From an uncultured Lentimicrobiaceae bacterium (lineage in GTDB: Bacteria; Bacteroidota; Bacteroidia; Bacteroidales; 4484-276): a DNA stretch of 64,000 nucleotides. Location: contig CAZGAO010000015.1 in assembly GCA_964523795.1 (NCBI GenBank), forward strand, positions 1,695 through 65,694, written 5' to 3'. The number at the start of each line of letters is the position of its first letter. The first letter of the stretch is position 1. The notes under the pieces are model-generated. The model was not told where the DNA came from and made no database searches. It saw nothing but the letters and a program-made list of their open reading frames with translations. Below, one piece after another: positions 38,604-48,114 of the stretch. Made by a program: the position numbers and the translations under genes.

Positions 38604-39662
38604 TTATTGTTTTTTATTGTCCAATGCCTTGTAATGTTCTCGTGCATATTTGAGATGTTGACTGTAGGTTTTTGAAAAATGATGATAGCCCGAGCCATCG
38701 CTATTAGCCACAAAAAACATGTACTCATGTTTTTGGGCATTCAAAACTGCGTTGATGCCAACCACCGATGGCAGGCAAATAGGACCCGGGGGTAAGCCTT
38801 TGTTAACATAAGTATTGTAGGGCGAATCTATTTGTGTATGCTTTTTGTAAACCCGATGTAGCAAAGAATCGTTTTCGAGATAAAAGGCAAATACCGCTGT
38901 CGGGTCAGCCTGCAGTTTCCAGCCTTTGGCCAGCCGGTTGAGATAAACCCCGGCAATGGTTGGTTTTTCATCGTTGCGATTGGTCTCTTTATCCACAATA
39001 GAAGCCAGTATCGAAACCTGCTTGGGGCTAAGATTATATCGGCGTGCCTTGGCCTGTTTTTTCTCGTCCCAAAAACGCAGATATTCCTTGTGCATCCTTT
39101 CTGTGAAAGCCTCCGCCGAAGTGTTCCAATAAAACTCGTAGGTGTTAGGGATGAAAAGTAGCGGTGCTGTTTGCTGGTTAATTTTATATTTTTCTTCAAA
39201 TTCGCTACTATGGATATAATTGATGATGGACAAACTGTCAGCTTCAATTTGCCTTGCAATAATTCCGGCCAGTTGAGCCAGGGTGCGCACATTGTTAAAG
39301 GTAACATTGAGTGGCGTTTGCGCTCCCGAGCGCAGCATGTCGATCAATTCATCATTATTCATCCCGGCTTTGATGCTGTATCGTCCGGGATAGATGTGCC
39401 TGGATAAGTTTTTCCGCTCAGCCAGCCACTCGAAGGTGCCATAATTTTGGAGAAGCTGATTGCTTTTTAAATTATTCAATAAATCATGGTAGTCCGATCC
39501 GGTTTTTATGTAGAGGTAAGATAAATTGCCGGCAGCGGGTGAAACATTATTTTTATAAACTGCACGCCAAAACAAAAATCCAACCGTGCCTGCCGCAAGT
39601 AGCAATACAATTATTGCGAAAAGCAGGATGCGCCAAAAGATTTTTCTGTTTCGTTTTTCCAT
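38604..39662 (-). CDS. mltG: Endolytic transglycosylase
   Basis: LASIVDKET, Y.NRL..G.KLQADPT, SPYNTY...GLPPGPI, H.FSKT. Confidence 0.95.
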   Translation of the reverse strand: MEKRNRKIFWRILLFAIIVLLLAAGTVGFLFWRAVYKNNVSPAAGNLSYLYIKTGSDYHDLLNNLKSNQLLQNYGTFEWLAERKNLSRHIYPGRYSIKAGMNNDELIDMLRSGAQTPLNVTFNNVRTLAQLAGIIARQIEADSLSIINYIHSSEFEEKYKINQQTAPLLFIPNTYEFYWNTSAEAFTERMHKEYLRFWDEKKQAKARRYNLSPKQVSILASIVDKETNRNDEKPTIAGVYLNRLAKGWKLQADPTAVFAFYLENDSLLHRVYKKHTQIDSPYNTYVNKGLPPGPICLPSVVGINAVLNAQKHEYMFFVANSDGSGYHHFSKTYSQHLKYAREHYKALDNKKQ

Positions 39663-39668
39663 TAGGAT

Positions 39669-40244
39669 TTATCGTCTTTCTGGTAACTTAATAGTGCCGA
39701 GAACTAGTGGTGCTTTTCGGGGAGTGGGAGTGGGGTTGATAAGCTGATAAAGCCACTCATCGCTCCAATGATTATTAATTCGAAGCCAGTTTCTTTTTTT
39801 TGCCGTAAGCACAAAGTTTTTCCGCTCAAATAGTTTTATACTTAGCGTATTGGTGGGCAGGATGTTGGCATATACCTGATGAAGCATCAAATGGTCGAAG
39901 CAATATTCGATGCATAAGTCGAGGGCTTCCGAAGCAAAGCCTTGTCCCTGGTATTTTTCATCAATCAAAATTCCCAGGCCAAGCCGCTCGTGCTGGGGGT
40001 TGAAGTCGAAGAGATCGATATTACCCACCGGAATTCCATTCGCTTTATTCACAATCATCAATCGCAGTTGCCGGGTCTTGTAAATATCTTTGTCGGCGGT
40101 TAAAACATATTGTTCGATGTCGAATCTTGAAAAAGGAACCAAGGTATTGCTGAGGTGCCAAAACTGTGTGTTGTTTTCCCAGGCGTAAAGCTGGTCGATG
40201 TCATCGGGTTCCGGGGCACGTAGTTTTATTTTTTTTCCTTCCAT
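39669..40244 (-). CDS. GNAT N-acetyltransferase (RimJ/RimL type)
   Basis: LRAPEP.D..LY.WEN; Q.GFASEAL; S.KLFE..F. Confidence 0.88.
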   Translation of the reverse strand: MEGKKIKLRAPEPDDIDQLYAWENNTQFWHLSNTLVPFSRFDIEQYVLTADKDIYKTRQLRLMIVNKANGIPVGNIDLFDFNPQHERLGLGILIDEKYQGQGFASEALDLCIEYCFDHLMLHQVYANILPTNTLSIKLFERKNFVLTAKKRNWLRINNHWSDEWLYQLINPTPTPRKAPLVLGTIKLPERR

Positions 40245-40257
40245 CAATTAGCAATTT

Positions 40258-41061
40258 TTAGAGTTCATGGTCAGAAATATTGATTTTACCTTCAAAAACC
40301 TTTCTTGCCGGACCTTCGAGCCAAATATCTGCAAAGCCATTTCCGGCTTTTTGGGCATAAACCTTTAGTTTGCCACCCCTGGCAAAAATTTTAACTGGTG
40401 AGCTAAAATTGGAATGCGCTGCCAGCAAGGCCGTGGCGGCTGCTACTGCACCTGTGCCACAAGCCAGGGTTTCGTTTTCAACACCGCGCTCGTAGGTGCG
40501 TAATTTTACACCATCCGATGTAATCTGCATAAAATTTACATTCACGCCCAATTTTTCAAAGGGCGGGCTGTAGCGGATTTCACGACCAAGTTTGGCTACA
40601 TCCAAAGCATCCAAAGCATCCACTTCGATCAAAATGTGTGGGGATCCCGAATCAACAAAGGTATAACCCTCCTGCTCCGTGATCGCACCAATATCCTTCA
40701 TCTGCAATTTTACAATGGCAATATTTTCATCCTCGCTAATAATGCTGGCCTGATGCAAGCCATCGGTAGCACGAAAAGTAAAGTGCGTTTTGTTGATTCC
40801 CGATATTTTGGCAAACCAGGCAATACACCGGCCACCGTTGCCACATAAGCTTCCCTCGTAGCCATTAGCATTAAAGTAACGCATTAGGGAATCAGTTTCC
40901 GGGTCATCTTCAAGCATGATAAGCCCATCGGCACCAATACCAAAATGGCGGTCGCAGAGGAGCTTTACCACAACTGGTTCAGCATCAAACCATCGGTCGC
41001 GATTATCAATCATCACAAAGTCGTTGCCGGCTCCCTCGTATTTACTGAATTGTATTTCCAT
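40258..41061 (-). CDS. dapF: Diaminopimelate epimerase
   Basis: KYEGAGNDF, LCGNGGRC, RTYERGVENETLACGTG. Confidence 0.96.
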   Translation of the reverse strand: MEIQFSKYEGAGNDFVMIDNRDRWFDAEPVVVKLLCDRHFGIGADGLIMLEDDPETDSLMRYFNANGYEGSLCGNGGRCIAWFAKISGINKTHFTFRATDGLHQASIISEDENIAIVKLQMKDIGAITEQEGYTFVDSGSPHILIEVDALDALDVAKLGREIRYSPPFEKLGVNVNFMQITSDGVKLRTYERGVENETLACGTGAVAAATALLAAHSNFSSPVKIFARGGKLKVYAQKAGNGFADIWLEGPARKVFEGKINISDHEL

Positions 41062-41163
41062 TTAAGCTAAAAAATTCGTGGTGCAAAAAACGGCATTTTT
41101 TCTATCACAGCAATAATCACGTTAGAGCGTGCCAAATTTCATGGAAAGAGTTTTGTACCGGAA

Positions 41164-42453
41164 CTATTGGTCGGATGACTGCGCCCTGACAAAGTCCTCT
41201 CCCTGGATAATATTTTGTAATTTTACTTTTATGAAAGTATTAACAGCATTTTGCTTATCTGAAGGGAATTTAATGGGAATATAATTCTCGCCATAGCCCT
41301 GCGCCATTCCATTCACCACTTTTTCAACCAGAACTGTTTGCTCCTTGCCGAGCATGCGCTGGCGGTATTTTAGCGTTTCGCTTTCGGCCAGCTTGCGCAT
41401 CACTCCGCTGCGTTGTGTTTTTTCCTTTTCAGGAATATGATCTTCCATGCGTGCTGCCCGCGTGCCTTTGCGCACCGAATATTTAAAAGTATGAATGTGT
41501 CCAAAACCAATTTCTGAGGCCACAGCCAGGCTTTGTTCAAAATCCTGGGTGCTTTCGCCCGGAAAACCTACGATGATATCAGTGGTAAAATTGAAATCGG
41601 GATAACGCTGTCGCACCTTTTGAACGATAGCCATAAAACCATCGAGCGAATACATGCGGCGCATTTTTAGCAATAGCTCATCCGAGCCACTTTGCAGACA
41701 TAAATGCAGGTGGGGCGTAAGTTTGGGGTGGGTAAACAAATCAAACAACTTCTCGCCAAAGCCTTCCGGCTCGATGGATGAAATGCGCAGGCGGAAATCG
41801 CCGGGAAGCTCCAGAATTTGTTCCACCAGATCTTCAAAATTATTATCTTCGAAATTGTAACGGCCAATATTTACACCTGTAAGCACCACTTCTTTGTATC
41901 CAAACTCCACCACTTTTTTGATATTATCCAATATTTCGGCTACTGGGCGACTGGTCGCTCTTCCCCGCACTTTAGGAATAATGCAGAAAGTGCAAAAATT
42001 ATCGCAGCCATCCTGAACCTTAATCATGCTACGGGTATGAAAGGTTTTTTCGGCTGGCTGGTAGTCGAACAGGTTTTTATCGAAATGATCGGGATGATTG
42101 ATTTCGCCCTTGAAGTGCCCATCGATGAGCGAAAAAATAGCACTCTTGTGCTCATTATCCACAAACCAGGTAACATTGCTTTGCGCCTTTTCGAGCTTTT
42201 CACGATGATTATTCACCATACACCCGGTAACCACCAGCATCGAATCGGGATGTTTTTTGGCGGCTTGCTTAATTACCTGCTTCGACTTGCTGTCGCTTTG
42301 GTTGGTAACCGTGCAGGTGTTTACCACCACCACTTCGGCCTGTTCATCAAAATCGACAAGCTGGTATCCGTTTTTTTGAAATTGTGAAGCCAGGGCATCC
42401 GTTTCGTATTGATTGAGCCGGCAGCCTAAAGTTTTAAAAGCTATTTTCTTCAT
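41164..42453 (-). CDS. mtaB: tRNA t6A37 methylthiotransferase (radical SAM)
   Basis: TLGCRLNQYE, VQDGCDNFCTFCIIP, HLHLCLQSG, DIIVGFPGE. Confidence 0.93.
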   Translation of the reverse strand: MKKIAFKTLGCRLNQYETDALASQFQKNGYQLVDFDEQAEVVVVNTCTVTNQSDSKSKQVIKQAAKKHPDSMLVVTGCMVNNHREKLEKAQSNVTWFVDNEHKSAIFSLIDGHFKGEINHPDHFDKNLFDYQPAEKTFHTRSMIKVQDGCDNFCTFCIIPKVRGRATSRPVAEILDNIKKVVEFGYKEVVLTGVNIGRYNFEDNNFEDLVEQILELPGDFRLRISSIEPEGFGEKLFDLFTHPKLTPHLHLCLQSGSDELLLKMRRMYSLDGFMAIVQKVRQRYPDFNFTTDIIVGFPGESTQDFEQSLAVASEIGFGHIHTFKYSVRKGTRAARMEDHIPEKEKTQRSGVMRKLAESETLKYRQRMLGKEQTVLVEKVVNGMAQGYGENYIPIKFPSDKQNAVNTFIKVKLQNIIQGEDFVRAQSSDQ

Positions 42454-42458
42454 TCAAA

Positions 42459-43328
42459 TTAGTCCAAAAGTTTGTAAGCCATAATGCGATTGTCGAAAAA
42501 AGTGGGAACAAGTAAAATGTTTTTATCAGTAATCAAATAAATATCGGCAGCATTAATTTTGTTGTCGGTAGTATTAAAAAGCACTTCCGGCTCCTCTCCC
42601 GCTTTGACGCGCTGCACTTTGCCGCTCCAGTCCGAAAACACAAATCGTCCCTGTTGGTCAATCTCCAGACCATCCACGCCGCCATCAAATTCGGCCACTG
42701 TTAGTATTGTTTTTGTTTTCGGATCGATACTCACAATTTTACCCTTAGCACCGAGGTATAATAAGCCATCGCGGTAATTCATGCCGTTACATTTTTCAAA
42801 AGTTCCGGCGGGAAGCCATGGCTCTATTTTTCCATTAGCAAATTTATACACCGCGCCGGTGGCCATATCCGACACATACACGTTTCCATCGCCATCAAGG
42901 GTTACATCGTTGAGAAATTGGGCATCCGCAGCCTCGTAGTAATTAATAATCCTGCGGCTTTCCATATCTATTTCGGCAAGGCGATAAATATCGGCCACGT
43001 ACAATTTGCCATCACTTATAGCCATGCCTTTTGGCGCGTGAAGCCCGACAGCCCATTCCAACCTTACGATTCGTCCATCGGCTTCCAGTTGAGAGATAAA
43101 GCCATTTTCATCGCGATCTGTTGGGTTTCCATTGATATTGGCTACATAAATCATTTCACCCTGTGGATTGTAAATCACCGATTCGGGTACCTGAAACACC
43201 GCCTTGGATTGCCAGGATTTTTGCACCTGATCTGAAAACACAGACTGTCCCTTGGCTGATTGAGGAAAAAAGAATGCTAATGAAATAAATGCAAAAGCAA
43301 GGTGGGAAAAATGGATAAAAGTTTTCAT
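42459..43328 (-). CDS. Secreted SMP-30/gluconolactonase-like beta-propeller protein
   Basis: Signal peptide; PESV, APKGM, FLND, NG, DGLE repeats. Confidence 0.85.
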   Translation of the reverse strand: MKTFIHFSHLAFAFISLAFFFPQSAKGQSVFSDQVQKSWQSKAVFQVPESVIYNPQGEMIYVANINGNPTDRDENGFISQLEADGRIVRLEWAVGLHAPKGMAISDGKLYVADIYRLAEIDMESRRIINYYEAADAQFLNDVTLDGDGNVYVSDMATGAVYKFANGKIEPWLPAGTFEKCNGMNYRDGLLYLGAKGKIVSIDPKTKTILTVAEFDGGVDGLEIDQQGRFVFSDWSGKVQRVKAGEEPEVLFNTTDNKINAADIYLITDKNILLVPTFFDNRIMAYKLLD

Positions 43329-43462
43329 TGTTAAGAGTGTTAATTGTTATTCGTTAATTGTTATTCGTTAATTGTTATTCGTTGAGTATGCTCGTTGGCA
43401 GAGACGCGCAAATTGCGCGTCTGTACTATTTTTGCGCTTGCTATTCATTAATCGTTAATTGC
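43329..43462. repeat. GTT 7-mer array abutting a start codon, plus REP palindrome
   Basis: (GTTAATT GTTATTC)x3 within 43339-43380; gcagagacgcgcaaattgcgcgtctgtac 43398-43426. Confidence 0.8.
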
Positions 43463-43560
43463 CTAAATATTTAGCCACGGGGTTTAGGACGGGTGTTGAA
43501 ATAGAGGATGCCAACTCCGAGATTTTATTTAACAAGCATCAAAATAAAAAGTTTAAACAC

Positions 43561-43607
43561 AAAAAAACCGGTCATGGTTTCTAATAGTGAAATCATTACC
43601 GGCAATT
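43561..43607 (-). terminator. Intrinsic terminator candidate after TM2 gene
   Basis: On -: ccggt-aatgattt...aaaccatg-accgg followed by T8. Confidence 0.5.
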
Positions 43608-43625
43608 ATTAACACAAAATTCTGC

Positions 43626-43973
43626 TTAGTGTCTCATCATTGATTTTACTTCAGCGGCAATCTGACGATTGTAATCGAAGGCAATTTTTTCGTAATTCAC
43701 CGCATCCACAATAGTTCCGATAAGACAGAGGCCACCGGTAAAGACGTAGAGAATTCCCAGGCCAATGTTGTTGGTCAGGAAACGCTGAATCCCGGCAATT
43801 AGCACTAAGCCCAGCAAAGTAGTAATCAGAATGAGTTGCGGATCGCGCCGCCGCGAGCGATAAACCATGGCAAAGTCTTCTACATGCTCATCGTCCAATT
43901 CTGTCAGGAGCTGGTCGAGAAAAAACAATTCGTTTCCTTTGGCCTCGGGGATAAATCGTAAAGTTCTGTTCAT
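43626..43973 (-). CDS. TM2 domain protein
   Basis: G.QRF....G.GILY.FTGGLC.IGTIVD. Confidence 0.9.
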   Translation of the reverse strand: MNRTLRFIPEAKGNELFFLDQLLTELDDEHVEDFAMVYRSRRRDPQLILITTLLGLVLIAGIQRFLTNNIGLGILYVFTGGLCLIGTIVDAVNYEKIAFDYNRQIAAEVKSMMRH

Positions 43974-44287
43974 AACATTTTAGTATTTGATGAAAAAAAT
44001 AAATTTTTTGATAAGCTATAAATGCGAAAAGCGATGACAATAATAGCAAAAATTCCAAAGGGGTGCATTTTTAATGAGTCGATTATTTTTCCATGGAAGG
44101 CCATATTACACGAACGCCCCAGTCCACAGCCCGGGCAATAGTCGAGTCCCAGGTTTTGAAAAGGGCAGAGCGTAAAGTGCTGTTCGGCGGGCATGGGCAG
44201 CATCAAAACAAGCAGAATAGCAACCCACATCACCAGCTCCAGGTTGTTGCGAAGTAAGCGAAAGATGTATTTTAAGTTTGTAATCAT
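43970..44287 (-). CDS. DUF2752 domain protein
   Basis: LCPF..LG..YCPGCGLGRS; HPFG; 4-bp overlap with TM2 gene. Confidence 0.9.
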   Translation of the reverse strand: MITNLKYIFRLLRNNLELVMWVAILLVLMLPMPAEQHFTLCPFQNLGLDYCPGCGLGRSCNMAFHGKIIDSLKMHPFGIFAIIVIAFRIYSLSKNLFFSSNTKML

Positions 44288-44439
44288 CGACAAAAAACAA
44301 TGAGATAATTTGCAACGACAAAATGAATCGGCTAAGGTAGAATTTCTTTTTATACAGAGATTTTACGCCCTGGCCTTATTTGCATTGTTTCTAAACAAAT
44401 TTTAAAATATACTTGCACCGTTTTTATAAAATGTTTAGA

Positions 44440-46362
44440 ATGAAAAAAATTGTACTCAAAGAAATTGTAACGCTGCTTGCGTGCTTTCTGTTTTCGATTC
44501 CCGTTTTTTCGCAATCGGCTGATATAGCCTACAAAGAAAAGTGGCGCAATCAATTTGCAGCTACCTTCTATTTTTCGGATGGCGACGGGCTGGAAGAAGT
44601 GGATACTGCTGCATTCAGAAGTAACGAGCAGGTGTGCTTTACGGTTATCCCGAATGCTGCCAGCGAAAAAGAATACTTTAAAGATGATGACATAAGCACC
44701 TGTTTTGCGCAATTCAAACTGCTACAAAACGGAAGTTTGATCGAAAACAACCAGACACCGCATGGCATACACAATGGCGAAGGGAAAATTGATAAAGTAG
44801 TCTTGTTTTTCCCAAAGAGTGAAATCACACTTTATGAACCCCTGGCTGTGGTGAGTATGATTGACACTTCGGATGTCATATTGATTTCGGACAAATATTA
44901 TAATCAATATCACAGCTACTTTCCGGCCTACCAGGAAGCTGCCGAGCTAAGCGACCAACGCAGGTACATCGAGACGTATAAGGCGGTGCTTCCCATCGTA
45001 AAAGATGCCCAAGATGAGCAGGAAATCAAGCACTACACCTTTTACGACCATGCTGCCAGCACCCTGGTTACCAATGCAATAATTCAGCATATCGACAGTC
45101 TGAGCCAACAGATGACAATCGCCGGAGCAGCGATAAAAGCTAATGCCGATGAGACGAAGCTGCAAACCATCGACTCTTTGTACGCTCTTATGCAATCGGG
45201 GGAACAAGCATTTTCTTCCTATTTTGAAATGGGAGAACCGCAAAGTATGAAATGCCGCGAAGAATACACAGTGATGCTCGACAATGCCAAAGCCACTTCT
45301 GCAGCAGCCCACGAATTATACAAGGACAAAGTGCTGCACTTCCTTGAAAATAAGGGTTACAACGATTATAAATTCCGGCTTTTTGTGGATGCGCTGGCCA
45401 AAATGGTAAGCCATCTTGATACGTTAAAAATATTACGAGACCCGGTGGAGATAAACTTTGCCCTATTGGATGAAATGCCTGACTTAAAAAATGAGCTGAT
45501 GATGTCCAATGCTCTCGAGGAATTCAGGCTGCTGGTAACGATGCTCAACGATGATATCCGTAACAAAAACAAGGTTTTTAATACCCGAATCATCGAGAAC
45601 CTGCAAAGGATAAAACCTGCCGAGCACGAACCCTATTTGCTTATTTTTTTGGCTTTCAACGAATTGGCTAACAATAAATCACTCTTTCTTAGCTATCTGA
45701 TAGATGCACTGAAGTACTGCTCCGATGAAACCCTGGTGCTAAACATCGAGATGTGGATATTGAGCAATAATGCAACCCTCGAAAATCTCTCCGAATCTAT
45801 CATACATCAAATCAACCAGGGAATCAAGATGGTTATCAACGAAAACTGGACTGAGGCAGAGGCAACATTTAGTGCTATAACGCGCCAAGCCGGCACCATA
45901 GCTCCACCCTGGTTTTATCTGGGCAAAACTCAGTTTAAACAAGAGGAAACCTTTGCCGCCGAATCGAAGTTTGACAGGGCTCTCAATATTTATCCACAGT
46001 ATATTGCTCCGCGTATCTTTAAATTTCAGATTTATCTAAAACAGGAAAAATATGATGACCTGCTAACGATGGTCGAAGATGCTCTGGAAACTAACGATAT
46101 TTGGATCTTCCACTATTATAAGGCTGTGGCACTTAACAAAATGAACAAATATCAGTCAGCCATCAATGAGCTTCAGCAATATTGCATCACGATAAACAAG
46201 TATAATATCCCCCAGTATTTCATGCTTGGAGACTGTTTTAGAGAACTGAAAAAATATGAGCTTGCCAAAGATGCTTATCAGCAAACACAAAGCATCGACA
46301 TCTATGCAAGCGAGGAATCGTACAACAAAAAGATGCAGATACTGGAAGAAGCGAGGAATTAG
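44440..46362 (+). CDS. Secreted protein with C-terminal TPR repeats
   Basis: Signal peptide; helical; WFYLGK.., YYKAVAL, YFMLGDCF TPR-like motifs. Confidence 0.8.
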   Translation: MKKIVLKEIVTLLACFLFSIPVFSQSADIAYKEKWRNQFAATFYFSDGDGLEEVDTAAFRSNEQVCFTVIPNAASEKEYFKDDDISTCFAQFKLLQNGSLIENNQTPHGIHNGEGKIDKVVLFFPKSEITLYEPLAVVSMIDTSDVILISDKYYNQYHSYFPAYQEAAELSDQRRYIETYKAVLPIVKDAQDEQEIKHYTFYDHAASTLVTNAIIQHIDSLSQQMTIAGAAIKANADETKLQTIDSLYALMQSGEQAFSSYFEMGEPQSMKCREEYTVMLDNAKATSAAAHELYKDKVLHFLENKGYNDYKFRLFVDALAKMVSHLDTLKILRDPVEINFALLDEMPDLKNELMMSNALEEFRLLVTMLNDDIRNKNKVFNTRIIENLQRIKPAEHEPYLLIFLAFNELANNKSLFLSYLIDALKYCSDETLVLNIEMWILSNNATLENLSESIIHQINQGIKMVINENWTEAEATFSAITRQAGTIAPPWFYLGKTQFKQEETFAAESKFDRALNIYPQYIAPRIFKFQIYLKQEKYDDLLTMVEDALETNDIWIFHYYKAVALNKMNKYQSAINELQQYCITINKYNIPQYFMLGDCFRELKKYELAKDAYQQTQSIDIYASEESYNKKMQILEEARN

Positions 46363-46377
46363 AATCGCCTACCTGAA

Positions 46378-46458
46378 AGTCACCCGGTGAATTATTCAAG
46401 CCGTTGGACGGTATTCTGAGTTTTAGTACTTTGTTTTGGCAGGATTCACCGGGTGACT
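46378..46458. repeat. Inverted REP doublet between convergent genes
   Basis: agtcacccggtgaat 46378-46392 / attcaccgggtgact 46444-46458, perfect 15-bp inverted repeat. Confidence 0.75.
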
Positions 46459-46477
46459 CTTTCCAGGAATAAGCCCT

Positions 46478-47101
46478 CTATTCCACCTTAGGAAAATCCA
46501 GCTTTTCGATATTCAGTTTCCTTAAATCAGTGTATCGCTTTATTACCCGCTCCGAAAATTTGCGGCGTACGGCAAAGGTAAGGCTGCATGTCATTTGAAA
46601 GTCCTGCGCTACTATGGCGAGGTCTTCTTCTTTGATGATGCGCATTACATCGTTCATATCCACATAATCGAAACGAAGGGTAAATTGGTCTTTGATGATT
46701 TTGGTGATGATGCTATTGTTTTGAATGGCATCTATAGCTGCAAATTTGTAGGCATTGATCAGGCCTCGCACGCCCAACTTGGTACCGCCAAAGTAGCGGA
46801 TGACCACAATGAGACAGTTAGTCAATTCGTGCGATAACAACTGCCCGTGAATGGGTTTGCCGGCCGTACCCGAGGGTTCTCCATCATCGTTGGCGCGGTA
46901 TTCTTCACCCTCGAAACCCAAAACCCAGGCATAGCAGTGATGACGGGCATCGTGATATTGTTTCTTCAAAGCCTCGATTTCCGCTTTGGCCTGCTCCTCC
47001 GAAGCACAGAATAATGCGTGAGCAATGAACTTACTTCCCTTGTCCTTAAAAAGTCCTTCCGAGCGGTTTGCTAATGTTTTGTAAGTGTCGATTATTTCCA
47101 T
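46478..47101 (-). CDS. yigZ: YigZ / IMPACT family protein
   Basis: KGSKFIA, HDARHHCYA, DDGEPSGTAG.PI, RYFGG.KLG..GL. Confidence 0.95.
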   Translation of the reverse strand: MEIIDTYKTLANRSEGLFKDKGSKFIAHALFCASEEQAKAEIEALKKQYHDARHHCYAWVLGFEGEEYRANDDGEPSGTAGKPIHGQLLSHELTNCLIVVIRYFGGTKLGVRGLINAYKFAAIDAIQNNSIITKIIKDQFTLRFDYVDMNDVMRIIKEEDLAIVAQDFQMTCSLTFAVRRKFSERVIKRYTDLRKLNIEKLDFPKVE

Positions 47102-47104
47102 AAG

Positions 47105-47412
47105 TGGTTAATCGTTATTTGTTAATCGTTATTTGTTGATCGAAGCTGCCTGCCCCGACCCTTCAGAGAAATCCCGCTTTTGCGGATTAATCTTCCTTCG
47201 TTATTTTTTGCGTCAGAACAAATCCTGTGCTTTTAGAATTCCTCGTTGCTTCTTTTAGGTTTGACCTGAGTTGATTTTGAAAGACTTTATGCGCCTTGAC
47301 ATTCCATCGTCTGCAGGACATGGAATCGTCCAAAAAAAAATAAAAATCAAGTAGTTTCAATTCATCAAATTAATAGAGTGAAATATAAACGATTAACCAT
47401 TTTCGATTAACT
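47105..47412. repeat. Intergenic insert bracketed by complementary GTT/AAC 7-mer arms
   Basis: GTTAATC/GTTATTT units 47107-47141; tggttaatcgtt 47105-47116 is the reverse complement of aacgattaacca 47388-47399. Confidence 0.7.
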
Positions 47413-47416
47413 ATTC

Positions 47417-48097
47417 TCAAATCTCCTCCAGCAAATCCGGCCTGTGGTTTTTGGTTATCTCAAGTGCCTGGTCGTGCAGCCAGTCTGCAATTTTGCGTTC
47501 ATCGCCCGAGCGCAGAATGTCTGGCACCTCCCACCCCCGGTAACTGGCCGGACGGGTGTAAACCGGCGGGCTGAGCAAACCATCCTGAAAAGAATCAGAA
47601 AGCGCGGAAGTTTCATCGCTGAGCACGCCGGGCATAAGGCGGATAATGCTGTCGGCCAAGACGGCGGCAGCCAGCTCACCCCCCGAGAGCACATAATCGC
47701 CAATAGAAATTTCGTGGGTGATGTAATGATCGCGCAAACGCTGGTCGATGCCCTTGTAATGTCCACACAGAAAAATAAGATTTTCCTGGGTAGAAAGATG
47801 GTTTGCCAGCGATTGTTTTAGCACCTCACCATCGGGACTTAAAAAAATCACCTCATCATAATCGCGCTCGGCTTTCAGTTTATCAATCAGGTCGGCGATG
47901 GGCTGAATGGTCATCACCATGCCGGCGGCGTGGCCATAGGCATAGTCGTCCACGCGGCGATGCTTGTCGGTGCTGTAGTCGCGGATATCGTGAATATGGA
48001 TTTCCGCAAGCCCTTTTTCTCGGGCGCGTTTAATGATGGAATGATCGAAGGGGCCGGCAAACATTTCCGGGAAAATAGTGAGTATGTCAATGCGCAT
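47417..48097 (-). CDS. trmD: tRNA (m1G37) methyltransferase
   Basis: [35 protein letters not shown]. Confidence 0.97.
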   Translation of the reverse strand: MRIDILTIFPEMFAGPFDHSIIKRAREKGLAEIHIHDIRDYSTDKHRRVDDYAYGHAAGMVMTIQPIADLIDKLKAERDYDEVIFLSPDGEVLKQSLANHLSTQENLIFLCGHYKGIDQRLRDHYITHEISIGDYVLSGGELAAAVLADSIIRLMPGVLSDETSALSDSFQDGLLSPPVYTRPASYRGWEVPDILRSGDERKIADWLHDQALEITKNHRPDLLEEI

Positions 48098-48114
48098 AAG
48101 GTAGAGTAGTATTG

